Part shown: positions 19,122 to 30,400 of the stretch, in pieces
Layout of the letters: every line of letters begins with the position of its first letter
How positions within the stretch are numbered: the stretch's first letter is position 1
Source of the DNA: Candidatus Multivoradales bacterium
GTDB lineage: Bacteria > Acidobacteriota > Thermoanaerobaculia > Multivoradales > J023
NCBI GenBank assembly: GCA_965248925.1
Contig: CBDFLE010000006.1
Coordinates: forward strand, 4,256,001 to 4,320,000
Length of the DNA: 64,000 bases
Reading direction: 5' to 3'
Program-made: the position numbers and the translations under genes
Notes under the pieces: model-generated
Database searches by the model: none
The model's input: only the letters and a program-made list of their open reading frames with translations
Told to the model about the DNA's origin: nothing

Positions 19122-21341
19122 ATGCCTCGTGCAACTCTCCGCAAGCTTGTGCTCGCTTCTGCACTCCTGGCGCTGCTGACTACAACCTGCCGGCGCCCGG
19201 AATCCAGGACGGTTGGCGATCTGGTAGCGACCTTCGCCCTGGCCGATGCCCGGGCTGAGGTGGCGCACATCGATTTCGGCTCTGCCGCCGCTCACCCATT
19301 CCTCACCGCAGGCTGGGGAGCGGGCGACAAGGCGGGCAACTACCTGTGGGCACTTGGCGAGCGCTCCGCACTGCGTTTTTTTATCGCCACTCCGCGACCC
19401 ATGGAGCTCGTCGCCGCTGTCCGGAGCTATCCACCCGCGGGACCGCAGACCGTGCACGTATGGCTCAACGGCCAGCTGCTGAACAGCTTCACGCCCGGCC
19501 CCAAGTTGGCTGATTTCCGTCTAACGATCACCGCAGAGGCGCTACACAGGGGGGACAACGAACTTGTTCTAGAGCATGCGGCAAGCGCTGTTCCCCGAGC
19601 CGTACAGGCCGGTTCCAGCGATCACCGTGCATTGGCGGCGGCTTGGCATTCTCTCGCTCTGAGCGCAAACCATCACGATTACATCTTACCGACCGCGCGG
19701 CCGCGCAGCGCTCCACCTTCCCTGATCCTGCCGCCGGCCAGTCGCTTGGATTACTACCTCGATCTGCCACCGAACTCTTGGCTGAGCCTCGCCGGACTGA
19801 CCACCTCCGGTGACGCCGGGCCACCGCCAAAAACCACTCTTCTGTTGGCAGACGCCCAAGGCGACCTGAGTGAGATTCCCTTGCCCAGCACCTCAGACCC
19901 CACCGAAATCCGACTACCCGCCTCCGGACAGCTCCGCTTGTCGTTAATCGTAGAGCCGGCCGGCAGCAACAACCGAGTGCTCCTGCGACCTCGAATCGAG
20001 ACCACCGAACCAGCGCCCTCGAAGCTCCCCCCATCAGCCGCGAACACCTCGCTTCGGGATCCTCCCAACATCCTGCTCTATGTCATCGACACGCTGAGAT
20101 CCGACCACCTCGGCTGCTATGGCTACTCCCGACCGACTTCGCCACGGATCGACGCTTGGGCTCGCCAAGCGACCCTTTTTCGGCGCTCCTACGCCCAATC
20201 GTCATGGACTCGCGCCAGTATGGTGTCGATCCTCAGCGGACTGCAGCCCGCGGTCCATGGCACTCTTGACCGTGACGACGGCCTGGCCACAACTCTGGAC
20301 ACTCTACCCGCGAGGCTGCAAGCGGCCGGCTACAGCACCGCCGGCTTGATCACCAACGGCAACGCTAATTTTGGCGACCGTGGCTACGATCACTATCGCT
20401 ATTTGCGGGAACAGCGCAACCGCGAAGTGCATCAGCTCTCCGATGCTCTGCACAACGCGGCCCTCGACTGGCTCGACCAACGCCCTCGGGACCGCCCTTT
20501 CTTTCTCTACATACACGCCAGCGACCCGCACGCGCCCTATGAGCCTCGCAGCCCTTTCCGTGAACTATTCGCGCGCCAAGACCTGCCAGCCCAAGCTGGT
20601 GGACTCGAAGCTCTCGACCAGCTGCAGAGAACCAGCCCAGCTGAGCAAGGCCAGCAGCGCGCCGACCTGATCGATCTCTATGACGCCGAGATCGCCATGA
20701 ACGATCACCATTTTGGCGGACTGCTCGATGCCCTCGAATCTCGCGGGCTCGGTAACACCATGGTACTTCTGGTCTCAGATCACGGTGAGGAGTTTCTCGA
20801 TCACGGCGGCTGGCAGCATGGCAAGACGCTCTACGGCGAGCAGTTGCGAGTGCCGCTGATCATCCGCTTCCCCGAGGGTCGACACGCCGGAGTTGAGACC
20901 GACATCACTGCCCAACACGTCGACATTGCACCGACCATCCTGCGAGCGGCGGGGTTGGCACTGCCGGCATCGGGCCAAGGTCGCGATCTGGCCCGCGCCA
21001 TCGCCCTAAAATCGGCGGCTGGATCCACTGCTGGATCTGCTCCAGTACCGGCTTATGCACACCTCGCCCTCGATGGCATTCGGCTACAAGCCATCACCAC
21101 TCAGCAACACCGCTTGATCCGCCGACGCCATGACTTCGGCGCCGCCGAACTGGAACTCTACGACCTGAGCAAAGACCCGTCCGAGCGTCACCGACTGGGG
21201 GCTGAGGCCGAGTTCTGGCGCGGCTACAACCTGAGCTTATTACGCCAAACAGACTTCGATTGGCCGACGGCACTGGAGCCCGGACGGGCCGAAATTCCCG
21301 CCGAGACCCGGGAGCGGCTCGAAGCGCTGGGATATCTGTAG
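19122..21341 (+). CDS. Sulfatase-like hydrolase with N-terminal beta-rich accessory region
   Basis: [50 protein letters not shown]; signal/lipoprotein-like N-terminus. Confidence 0.88.
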   Translation: MPRATLRKLVLASALLALLTTTCRRPESRTVGDLVATFALADARAEVAHIDFGSAAAHPFLTAGWGAGDKAGNYLWALGERSALRFFIATPRPMELVAAVRSYPPAGPQTVHVWLNGQLLNSFTPGPKLADFRLTITAEALHRGDNELVLEHAASAVPRAVQAGSSDHRALAAAWHSLALSANHHDYILPTARPRSAPPSLILPPASRLDYYLDLPPNSWLSLAGLTTSGDAGPPPKTTLLLADAQGDLSEIPLPSTSDPTEIRLPASGQLRLSLIVEPAGSNNRVLLRPRIETTEPAPSKLPPSAANTSLRDPPNILLYVIDTLRSDHLGCYGYSRPTSPRIDAWARQATLFRRSYAQSSWTRASMVSILSGLQPAVHGTLDRDDGLATTLDTLPARLQAAGYSTAGLITNGNANFGDRGYDHYRYLREQRNREVHQLSDALHNAALDWLDQRPRDRPFFLYIHASDPHAPYEPRSPFRELFARQDLPAQAGGLEALDQLQRTSPAEQGQQRADLIDLYDAEIAMNDHHFGGLLDALESRGLGNTMVLLVSDHGEEFLDHGGWQHGKTLYGEQLRVPLIIRFPEGRHAGVETDITAQHVDIAPTILRAAGLALPASGQGRDLARAIALKSAAGSTAGSAPVPAYAHLALDGIRLQAITTQQHRLIRRRHDFGAAELELYDLSKDPSERHRLGAEAEFWRGYNLSLLRQTDFDWPTALEPGRAEIPAETRERLEALGYL

Positions 21342-21479
21342 ACGGGGCGGGAACGCGCCGCTCCCACCTTCTATGTTGTCCCAATCAGGTGCCGACTGGG
21401 ACCTGCCCGAGTAAGTGGCCTGCCAATCTCGGCGGCTCAGAAACTGCACAACTCCCCGCCAATGACAACCCGAATCTTC

Positions 21480-21525
21480 GTCCAACCGGGACGTCATGGC
21501 ATAGCGAGGGGTTTCAACCCCTCGC
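21480..21525. repeat. REP-like palindromic element (copy 1)
   Basis: GTCC-N5-GGACGTCAT-NN-CAT-N-GCGAGGGG TTTCAA CCCCTCGC; near-identical copy at 26157. Confidence 0.7.
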
Positions 21526-21657
21526 CAAGGTGCCGCAAGCGAGCTAGCAGCCGCTGCTGATCATCCGCTGTACACTGTGCTCCACCCAATGCCAATCGCT
21601 CGCACCGACCTCGGCCGCCAAACCCCATCCCCACGGGTTTGCCAATGCCACCCGCGT

Positions 21658-21675
21658 GCGGCACGGAACCTGCTA
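21658..21675 (+). promoter_or_regulatory. Possible sigma54 promoter for the DUF2157 operon
   Basis: CGGCAC-GGAAC-CTGCT (GG-N10-GC) about 40 nt upstream of ATG 21716. Confidence 0.5.
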
Positions 21676-21684
21676 CCAAGACAG

Positions 21685-21716
21685 TCAAGAGGACAAACCA
21701 TCAAGAGGACAAACCA
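21685..21716 (+). repeat. 16-bp tandem duplication containing the RBS
   Basis: TCAAGAGGACAAACCA x2; the last A is the A of the ATG. Confidence 0.85.
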
Positions 21717-23038
21717 TGCAAAGAAACCACACCCGTTGGCTCAACGAGCAGCTCCCTGAGTTGGTCGAAAGCGGCGTTCTCGACCCCGAGACCGCCAAGC
21801 GCATCGCCGAGCACTTTGCTACTGAGAATGCCGGGTGGCGCCGCGAAGTAGTCTTCGCCATCCTTGGCGCGGTGTTGCTCGGTGGTGGGGTGATCTTGCT
21901 GGTAGCCCACAACTGGCAAGACCTGTCGCGGCCGGCGCGGGTGGTGGTGGCTTTCGCACCGTTGGTCGGCTGCCAGCTGCTGGCGGCCTGGGTTCTGCGG
22001 GCCAGAAGCACCTCGGCGGCCTGGCGCGAAGGGGTGGGAGGCGGCCTGGCACTGGCGATGGCCAGCTGCTTGGCACTGGTCTGGCAGACCTACCACATCC
22101 CTGATGACTTCCAGAACCTGCTCTTTTACTGGCTGCTCCTGGTGGTGCCGATCGCCTACTTACTCGAAGCGCGCTTGCCACTGCTGCTTTACTCTTTCGG
22201 AACCTGGACCTGGCTGTTGCAGCACGACTCGGCGATAGATCAAGGGCGGCAAATGTTGTACTGGCTGTTCCTGGCTCTTCAGCTGCCATTCTTGTGGCGT
22301 TCGGCGCGCTCGGATAAGGCGCGGAGCTGGATCACGTTGCTGACCTGGTCGGCAGCGATCAGCTCATATTTCGGCGTCGGCATGACCCTCGATACGCAGG
22401 GCTCTGCGAGGCTGACGCTGGTGCTCTTCGGCGTCCTATTTGCTGGCCACCTCGCGTTGTCGAAACCGTGGGGCGAGAGCGGCCGGCTACGGTGGGGCAG
22501 CCCACTGCGCTCTAGTGCTGTGCTCGGCACGGTGATAGTGGCCATCACCGCTTCTTACCGCGATGTATGGCGGAATATGCCAACACTCGCCGAACAGCTG
22601 CCGACCACTGGGTCGTGGGCCTTGGCATTGAGGGTGGCGCTACTCGTAGTTGGCTTGGGGGCCACTCTGTGGCTGCTCAAATCTAGCGACCGGCGCACAG
22701 TACCTGCCGATCTCAGCCGCTTGGTCGTGCCGGTCGTGGCGCTAGCCCTCGCCGGTGGTTACCTGGCCGCTTCACTCGGGGTCGACGCATTCTGGATCGC
22801 CTTGATCTTCAACTTGTTGTCGGCCTGCTGGGCGCTGGCCGCGGTGCTTATCGGTTTTCGCGACGGCCGAGCTAGCTTGGTGAATGGCGGCCTGGCCTTG
22901 GCCTCGATGTTGATCTTGCTGCGTTTCTTGGACGCGGATTTGGGGTTGCTGCCGCGAGCCCTGGCGTTCTTGGCCGCGGGCACGGCCTTTCTGTGGGCCA
23001 ATCTGGCGCTCAGCCGGCGTTCGGAGGTGAAGTCATGA
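21716..23038 (+). CDS. DUF2157 family membrane protein
   Basis: WL..L..LVESGVLD..TA..I, ILGAVLLGGGVILLVAHNW, LVWQTYHI motifs; many TM helices. Confidence 0.85.
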   Translation: MQRNHTRWLNEQLPELVESGVLDPETAKRIAEHFATENAGWRREVVFAILGAVLLGGGVILLVAHNWQDLSRPARVVVAFAPLVGCQLLAAWVLRARSTSAAWREGVGGGLALAMASCLALVWQTYHIPDDFQNLLFYWLLLVVPIAYLLEARLPLLLYSFGTWTWLLQHDSAIDQGRQMLYWLFLALQLPFLWRSARSDKARSWITLLTWSAAISSYFGVGMTLDTQGSARLTLVLFGVLFAGHLALSKPWGESGRLRWGSPLRSSAVLGTVIVAITASYRDVWRNMPTLAEQLPTTGSWALALRVALLVVGLGATLWLLKSSDRRTVPADLSRLVVPVVALALAGGYLAASLGVDAFWIALIFNLLSACWALAAVLIGFRDGRASLVNGGLALASMLILLRFLDADLGLLPRALAFLAAGTAFLWANLALSRRSEVKS

Positions 23039-23628
23039 AACTGCGTTATGTATTGTTGGCCTTGCTCGCCATCCTTCAGCTGGCCGTGCCGGCCTGGCAG
23101 ATCGGCTGTCGTGAGTTCACTCTGCGCCATGGCGAGGTCTTTCGTTTCCGCACCGCACCGGTCGATCCCTACGATGCGCTGCGCGGTCGCTATGTGTCAC
23201 TCTGGTTGGAGGACAGCAGCGCGCCAGTGCCGCCGGTAACCGCCCTCGACACCCAGGGGCGACGGTTCTACGCCCGACTTGGGGTCGACAGCGAGGGCTA
23301 TGCTTTCTTCGACTCCCTGCACCGCAGCCCGCCTACCGACGGGGCCTATCTGAAGGTGCGCGTGCAGAGGTTCAATGTGGGACAGCGGGCCCAACTCAGA
23401 ACTGGTTTCGAACGCTATTACCTCAACGACAAGCTTGCGCCCGCCGCCGAAGCGGCGTTTCGCCGCAGGGACGCTACCGAGCGCCGTGAGTCGTATTTGG
23501 TGGTGCGGGTGCGCGATGGGGTGGGGGTGCCGGAAGAACTCTTTGTCGGCGGCTTGCCGATTGTCGAGGCAGCGCGGGAGCAGCTTGACACAGGGGCCGC
23601 CGGGGAAGGTGGCACTTCTGGCCCCTGA
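23035..23628 (+). CDS. GDYXXLXY domain-containing protein
   Basis: TAPVDPYDALRGRYVSL motif, ERYY motif; ATGA-coupled to DUF2157. Confidence 0.88.
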   Translation: MKLRYVLLALLAILQLAVPAWQIGCREFTLRHGEVFRFRTAPVDPYDALRGRYVSLWLEDSSAPVPPVTALDTQGRRFYARLGVDSEGYAFFDSLHRSPPTDGAYLKVRVQRFNVGQRAQLRTGFERYYLNDKLAPAAEAAFRRRDATERRESYLVVRVRDGVGVPEELFVGGLPIVEAAREQLDTGAAGEGGTSGP

Positions 23629-23711
23629 GTCATCCTGAGCCGGGCTCGGACGCTGCGGGCGTAAGCCGTGCGCTCCGCTCAGCCAATGAAGCTGCGGGCA
23701 GGACCCATCAA

Positions 23712-23746
23712 TTGACCCTGTAGGAATCCTACTGTAGGGTGCCTAC
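23712..23746 (+). promoter_or_regulatory. Promoter with two palindromic operators for the MazEF-like pair (leaderless)
   Basis: TTGACC-17 nt-TAGGGT; GTAGG-AAT-CCTAC and GTAGG-GTG-CCTAC in tandem directly before the ATG. Confidence 0.75.
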
Positions 23747-23989
23747 ATGGCAGCAAGACCGATACAGATTTCCATTGACGACAGCCTGCTCGGACGCATC
23801 GACGCCGACCCGGAGGTACGCGACAAAGGCAGATCATCCTTCATCCGCGCCGCCGTTCGGCTTTATCTAAAGGCCAAGGAGCGCCGTCAAGTCGAGCTAC
23901 GCCTGGCTCAAGCCTACGACGGAGAGGCCGACGCCTTGCTGCAAGAAATCGACAACCTCATCGGCAACCAATCATGGCCGAACGACTGA
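23747..23989 (+). CDS. CopG/RHH antitoxin
   Basis: IQISIDDSLLGRID..RSSFIRAAVRLYL, acidic C-terminus. Confidence 0.85.
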   Translation: MAARPIQISIDDSLLGRIDADPEVRDKGRSSFIRAAVRLYLKAKERRQVELRLAQAYDGEADALLQEIDNLIGNQSWPND

Positions 23990-24300
23990 GCCGCGGAGAG
24001 ATCTGGCTTCTCGAGTTGTCACGGCCAGACAAGCGGCGCCCAGTACTGGTCCTCAGCCGCCCCTCACTGGTACGGCTGCTGCACACCGTCACGGTCTCTG
24101 CGATCACCTCGACCCGCCGCGACTCTCCCACCGAAGTTGCGCTGGGTGTCGACGAAGGGCTCAAACAGGCCTCGTGCGCCAATCTCTGCAATCTCTTTAC
24201 CGTCCGCCAGAACGAACTCCGAACCTTCGTGGGGACTGTCGGCTCTGCCAAGATGGCGGAGGTCTGCAAAGCTCTCGCGATCTCGTGCGGTTGCGAGTAG
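23974..24300 (+). CDS. PemK/MazF family toxin
   Basis: RGEIWL..DKRRPVLVLSR..ITS..GLKQAS..NL pattern. Confidence 0.9.
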   Translation: MAERLSRGEIWLLELSRPDKRRPVLVLSRPSLVRLLHTVTVSAITSTRRDSPTEVALGVDEGLKQASCANLCNLFTVRQNELRTFVGTVGSAKMAEVCKALAISCGCE

Positions 24301-24342
24301 AGACCAGAAAGCATCAGCAAGAGTGACCGACCTCGACCAAAG

Positions 24343-25194
24343 CTAGAAACGCCCGCCATCGGCGGCGCCGGGGAGGGCTCGCCGCCTGTGGGCACGACGC
24401 CGTCGACGCCGGGATCCGCGAACTCGTCGACCCGCTTGGCGCCGCCTTTGCTGGCGGCGCGAACGACTCACTGTCCCAAGGATCCGTTCGGCGTCGAAGG
24501 GGAAACCGGCGACCTCGTAGAGGCTCTTGAGCAGCCGAACGCAGCGACGGGAAACTCTGTCAAACCGCTCGATCAACCGTTTCCTGGCCCCACGGGTGAG
24601 TTGGGCACGGCGCCGCGCGGGTTGTAGTTGGCTTAGAGCACTGTCGAGGTCAACAAGGGCCGCCTCGACCTCGCCCACTAAGAGTCCGAGCTGCGGTTCT
24701 TCAGCCTCGGGCAGCGCCGACGGCCAAACCTGATCAGGCACTTGGAGCAAGGCCAGTACCGAGCGGCCGAGTCGCCAGAGTTCCACCGGCAGCCGTGGCA
24801 CTCTGCCCAATCCCACCAAGGCATCGCTCTGGTCGACCCCATAGGAGCGGTCGATCTCCGATTTCACCCGCCGTAGGACGGTGGCCATCTGGGTGACGGC
24901 CTGGTCGCGCTGCTGGCGACTTCGGCGATCTGCGCGTAGGGCCCGGAAGTGCGCTTCGTCGGCCCGCAGCAGATCGGCCGACTGGCCTTGCAAGCAGCCG
25001 GATAGCATTTCCTGAAAAACAGTAAAGTCGGGCAAGGTCTGCCCCTCACTGAGGAAGGGAGCCAACTGCTCGTCCAGAGCGCGACTAACCTCGGCGGCCA
25101 GCACGGTGACGCTGGAAGCCACCTGATCGGCTAGGTGCTGCCGCCGAAGCACCATCCGGGAAGCACTCTTCGAGGCCATGTGTGCCGTCTTCAT
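24343..25194 (-). CDS. Hypothetical helical protein with Arg-rich C-terminal tail
   Basis: 283 aa ORF with GGAAGG upstream; amphipathic helical pattern; no family recognised. Confidence 0.6.
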   Translation of the reverse strand: MKTAHMASKSASRMVLRRQHLADQVASSVTVLAAEVSRALDEQLAPFLSEGQTLPDFTVFQEMLSGCLQGQSADLLRADEAHFRALRADRRSRQQRDQAVTQMATVLRRVKSEIDRSYGVDQSDALVGLGRVPRLPVELWRLGRSVLALLQVPDQVWPSALPEAEEPQLGLLVGEVEAALVDLDSALSQLQPARRRAQLTRGARKRLIERFDRVSRRCVRLLKSLYEVAGFPFDAERILGTVSRSRRQQRRRQAGRRVRGSRRRRRRAHRRRALPGAADGGRF

Positions 25195-25420
25195 ACCTTC
25201 CCCATCATTAGAATTCTCTGTTGATCAGTAAACTCTCTAAGTTACAAGACAAGTCTAGAGATAGATGATTTCTCTGTGAATGGCTCACTCAAGGTAGATT
25301 TCAGGGCTGAACTTATCCAGAATCTTACCGCACAGGTAAGCTTTCTCTTCAAAATCGCCACCGATGAGTGGGCAGTGCTGCCCACTGGGTACTGCAAATC
25401 TGTTGGCAGGATTCGGCGGA

Positions 25421-26032
25421 TCAGTCAGTCTTCAGACAGTGGTTCTGCAAGTAGCGAGTCGTCGTAACAAAAGCGTCGACACGCTCCTTCAGCCGTTCCG
25501 TCTGACTGCTGGCGCCATCGAGTTCCTCCACCAGCAAGCGGCGCTCTGCTCGCAGCGCCTCTTGCAGCTCTTCGGGCAAGCCGGCGAACTTGAGCACGTT
25601 GAGTTTCAGATTCGACGACGATTGGCCATAGGCCGGGGCATCTGTTTCCTTCACCGATTGAGCGGCCGCAAGGTCGTAGATCGGACCTTCCGGATTCCCT
25701 ATCGACGCCTCGGTCAAGGCGACGATCTTGAACTTCTCCTCTTCCGGAAAGTAGTGCAAGTAGAGTGCTTTCGCGTAACGCCGCCGGAGGTCGTCAGGGC
25801 TTAGCTTCAAGGCTTTGGCGAGATTGTCGAAGTGTTCCACGGGCACCAATCGGTCGCCCCTCTCCCAGAATCCGTAGGCATCAGGCGTCGTGAATCCCAT
25901 CCTATCGGCGACCGCAATCTGGGTGAATTTCAGCTCTGCGCGGAGCTGACTAAGAACTCTCCACCAAACATTGGGCATATTCCCATCAGGCTTCCGGGGC
26001 TTCGATCCGCCCTGCTCATTCTTGCGACTCAC
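25421..26032 (-). CDS. XRE-family HTH transcriptional regulator (start uncertain)
   Basis: LSQLRAELKFTQIAVADRMG..YGFWERG..LAKAL HTH; C-terminal coiled coil. Confidence 0.75.
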   Translation of the reverse strand: MSRKNEQGGSKPRKPDGNMPNVWWRVLSQLRAELKFTQIAVADRMGFTTPDAYGFWERGDRLVPVEHFDNLAKALKLSPDDLRRRYAKALYLHYFPEEEKFKIVALTEASIGNPEGPIYDLAAAQSVKETDAPAYGQSSSNLKLNVLKFAGLPEELQEALRAERRLLVEELDGASSQTERLKERVDAFVTTTRYLQNHCLKTD

Positions 26033-26156
26033 TCGGCAATCATAGGCAACGGCGCTCAAGCGCCCGTCAATCAAGATTCTTAGTGATAATCCCTAACACA
26101 ATCCAGAGGTTTCTTTCCTATATAGAGATTTTCCACCCAAACGAAGCCAGCTCTCT

Positions 26157-26203
26157 GTCCCCCTAAGGACGTCATCACATTGCGAGGGGTTTCAACCCTT
26201 CGC
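26157..26203. repeat. REP-like palindromic element (copy 2)
   Basis: GTCC-N6-GGACGTCAT-CA-CAT-T-GCGAGGGG TTTCAA CCCTTCGC. Confidence 0.7.
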
Positions 26204-26392
26204 GGGGAGCTTCCCGGCAGAGGAAGTTCGGGTGCGATAGCTCGCCACTTCATCCCACTACCTGAGTGAAACCGGAGCCAAGCTGGCCAGATGACTCGCA
26301 CCCGATGGGCGGGGCGAGATGATCTGGGGACCCTCCCTCGGCTCCAAAATCCCGGCGAGCACCCCGACGCTCGCTGAACCTAGGAGCACCCG

Positions 26393-27268
26393 ATGGCTTT
26401 TTCGCTGCAAACCAAAACCGTCCAGCCTGGCGATACCGCCACTTTTGATTTCGACAGCTCGATTGCCGCCTACACGGTGGGGATCAGCAATTACAACTTC
26501 ACCTTCGGCAGCGATGACGAGCATATCCAAGAGATCGAGATCGCCCTATCGGCCAACCAGCCTTCGGCAAATCAGCTGACTGTCAAGACCACCGGCATCC
26601 TGCAGGACTCAAGCGGCCACTCGATCAATAAGGGCAGCTCGTCGATCAGCGTGGTGGCGGTGGCCTGGACCGGAGCGCCGACCTCCGGCGTTGTGTTGGC
26701 CTCGCGGACCGGGATCTCCACGGGCACCCGTTCGGCGGACATCACTCTGCCAACTTCCACGCCGCAGATCAACCAGGCTTTCCTTGCGGGTTTGGAGCTG
26801 GCTTATGCGAAAGATCATCATGTGCAGCTGATCCAGGCGGACGCCGGGGTGCAGCTCGACGGCTCGCTGGACTACATCACCTCGACCGCCAAGATGCTCG
26901 ACAACGATGGCAACATCGCCAACATCGCGAACATCGATGGCGGTCTGCTGGCCACCTCCTCGGACGATGTCGGCTTACTGATCCAACCGGTGAATAACAA
27001 GCAGACTTCGACCAAGTTCTCAGTCGCGTTCGGAGCGGACCTGCGCCAAGCAGTGGTGCTCTTGACCAACTACAAGGTGCGCTACGAGTCGAATAAGGAC
27101 CACCACCTGAGGACCGTCGGCGGCGGCTGTAGCTGCTGGCGGATCGACCCCGAAAACGCCAGGAGCGTCATTCTGGACAACGCCTATTCCTACATGTCAG
27201 ACGACAGCGGCAAGCATCAGGACGACAATCAGAGCGAAGTGTCGTTGGTGGTGTTGGGCGTCTTCTGA
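26393..27268 (+). CDS. Hypothetical all-beta protein with three ~95-aa repeats (lectin-like, inferred)
   Basis: Repeated (Y/F)..D(H/E)H(I/V/L) and D.(S/D)G(H/N/K) motifs; AGGAG RBS; no signal peptide. Confidence 0.7.
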   Translation: MAFSLQTKTVQPGDTATFDFDSSIAAYTVGISNYNFTFGSDDEHIQEIEIALSANQPSANQLTVKTTGILQDSSGHSINKGSSSISVVAVAWTGAPTSGVVLASRTGISTGTRSADITLPTSTPQINQAFLAGLELAYAKDHHVQLIQADAGVQLDGSLDYITSTAKMLDNDGNIANIANIDGGLLATSSDDVGLLIQPVNNKQTSTKFSVAFGADLRQAVVLLTNYKVRYESNKDHHLRTVGGGCSCWRIDPENARSVILDNAYSYMSDDSGKHQDDNQSEVSLVVLGVF

Positions 27269-27409
27269 TCACTGCCTGGATTTGTCGGCGCAGCCTCTGC
27301 TCGGATGGGTGGAGGCTGCCACTCTCTTCATCTCTCTGTAACAAGTCCCGCCGGAGGACTCGACTGGATCGGCCCGGCCTGCCGCCGATCCTGAAGATTG
27401 AGGTTCGTC

Positions 27410-30400
27410 ATGCCTTCTCAAGACAACAGCTCGTCCGCCTCCAACTCTGCCTCGCAACAGATCCCGGCGATTCGCTCGTTCCAGCTCGACGGCAGCTCGA
27501 ATGGCAATCTGCGCAGCAGCGTCAATCTGTTTCGTGGCGATGTCAACTACAGCCAGTCGCTGTTCAGCTTGCCCGGCCGGCGCTCGGCCCTCGATGTGTC
27601 GGTGTCGCTGATGTGTCAGAGCAATGTTCATCAGCAAGCGAGCCAGTGGAATCGCGATCAACCCACCGGCGTTGTCGGCCTGGGCTGGGCGCTGCCCAGC
27701 GATGCGATCGTGATGAACGACAGCGGCTCTCCCTCGGCGGCGACCCGGCAATATTCCTATCAGGGCAATGGCGGCCAGAACCAGCTGATCCGCGAGTTGG
27801 AGAACCCTTATTGTTTCGGCATGGATGCTGCTCTCGCGGCACAGCTGCAAAGCGGCCAGCCGGTGCCGGCGGCGGTGCGGGAGTGCTTTCTCGCCCTCGG
27901 CCAGATCCTCGATCCGACAACTCTGGTGCTGGCCATCGACGCCGGCGATGGCGACAGCTGGCAGCTCAGCGACCGGGTGAATCAGCTGCTCTTCGAGCTT
28001 CGCCTGCTGCCCGAGGAGCTGGCGGTGTATGACGGCGGCGAGTCCTATCAGCTGCAAAACTACGCTTTCTGGCGGATTCTCTACTACCCCGAGTTCGAGC
28101 GCTGGCAGATCACCAAGGAGTCGGGAGTCACCTTCTCCTATGGTGGGCAGAGCAGCGCCGGCAACAGCATCGCCTGGGGGGTGGGCTGGGTCAAGGCGGG
28201 CAGCACGGTGGGCCGCTGGCTGGGCGAGAGTCGGCTGACCCATCAAGACGGCGAGCGGCTGCAGCAGCAGTATGCCAGTGCTTGGTATCTGACCGAGATC
28301 GGCGATCCCTGGGGCGACCGGGTGCGCTATGAATACTTGACAGTAGAGCAGCTAGTGGGCAGCGACCAGGGCCTGCCCTACACCAAGGCGATCTATTTAC
28401 AACGGATCGTCGACGGTTTCGGCCGACGGGCGACTTTCATCTACGGCGAAAAGGTGTTCGACAGCTCGAGCCCGGAGGCACCGAAAGAGTACTCTGACCC
28501 GCACCGTGCGATCCCCAATGACCAGCCCAATGCCTACCAGGATCGCTACGAGACTCGCTTCCTCGACCGCATCGAGGTCGAGCATCCCAGTGGCGCACCT
28601 ATTCTCACCGTCCAGCTGGACTATGCACCGCGCCCTGGGATTGCCGGGCCGGCGCGGGCACTGGCCAATGTCACCACCCTCGAAGGGCAAGCTTACGGCG
28701 AGAGCTACAAGCGCTACCTGACCGGCATCCGCCTGCTCAATCCGGGAGGCGATGCGCAGCCGGGCTATCTCTTCAGCTATTACCTCGACACCGGTGAGAC
28801 CGACGCCAACCTCGGCGCGCTGCAGCGGATCACCTACCCCCAGGGTGGCCATGCCACCTATTACTACCAGCGCCAGGAGCTGCCGATCTGTCGCCGGGAG
28901 CTGACCATCAAGCGCCCTGAACAGGTCCAGGAAGGGGCCACGCCGCGGCTGTGGTTTGGCGACGACTATGCCGTCTCCACCTGGTACGACGCCAGCGCCG
29001 GGCGCTTGACCCTGCAGACTTTCACCTGGCTGGGCCGCTGGCAGAGCTGGCAGCTGAGCGAGGATCCGACCCTCTTCGAGGCTAGCGACGGGCTCGACTT
29101 GGGCTCTCTCGAGGTGATCGCACGGGATGACTTCTTCGCTCTTCGCTTCGATCGCACGGTCGGCACCTCGACCTTTGCCGATGTCTATCTCATGCAGAAG
29201 AACACCGGCGCGCCCGGTCAGTGGCAGCCAGCGCCCGACGGTGTCAATGGCCAGCCCACCGGGTTGAATAATCCGAGCTTCGAGATTGCCACCGGCAGGA
29301 CCCAGATGAGCTTGTCGGGCGGCAGCACTTTCTTGCTGGTCGCCACCAGCAACACCATCGACGGCCTCTACGGTCTGGAGAGCTACACCTTCCGCTGGCC
29401 GACCCGGCGCTTCGAACATCAGGTGCTGGTGACCGATAGCCAGCAGATTCTCTACCCCTCGGCGGGCAGCGAATACATCTTCTGGATCGCCTACGACTAC
29501 GCCTCGTCGTCGAACAGGCAGGCCAACCTCGAGGTGCTCGACAGCACCCTCACCTGGCGTCGCAGCACGCCGCTGGGCTTGTCGGGTTTCAACATCCCCA
29601 ACTTGCAGGACTTGGTGTTGGTCGGGGGTCAGACCCTGGTCGCCTGTAGCCGCCTGTTGCAAGCCAACACCTCACAGGCGGTGGACTACCAGTTGACCGT
29701 TTTCCAATGGGACGCCGCCAATGTGCTCGAGCAAAGCTTCGACCAGCGCTTCGTCGACCCGGTGATGAACGGCAGCGAGCCGACCAGCTGGACCCCTGCG
29801 GTGGTGGCCAACGGACAGATCTGCGTCGCCGGTAATCTGCTGCGCTTCAACGGCGCCCGATGGCTGGTCAACAGCGATCTGGTGATCGCCACCCCGACCG
29901 CTCAGAGCAACCAGCTCTATGCCTATGGGCCGGACTATGCGGTGCAGGTCTACCAGGTCAGTGGCGGGGTCAGCGCCCGGGTTCTGCCCTACGATCCCGA
30001 CAGCGATATCGATAGCTGGTCAACGGCACCGATCGCACCGGTGCAGCAACCAGTGCAGCGAAGTTTCGAGCCGGCCACCGCCAACTGGCCCTCGGCCGGC
30101 GGCGGCGACTGGCTGACCATCGGTTCCGCCATCTACTACCGTGGCACCTCGACGGATTGGCTGGCACCGCTCGGTGCCGCGCCGACAGCGCAGATCGCCG
30201 GCACTCTCGACAGCGCGGCGATGATCGACGAAGCACCGAGCTTCCTGGCCTACTACCTTTACGACCTAAGCGACCCGAACGACGATCACTGCGCCGCTAT
30301 CACCCTCGCCAATGGCGACGCCCACGCCCCGCAGCAGCTGCTCGACCAGCGCATGTGGACTGGAGCAGAAGGAGGTGACGGTGGCAGCGGCAAGGGCCCC

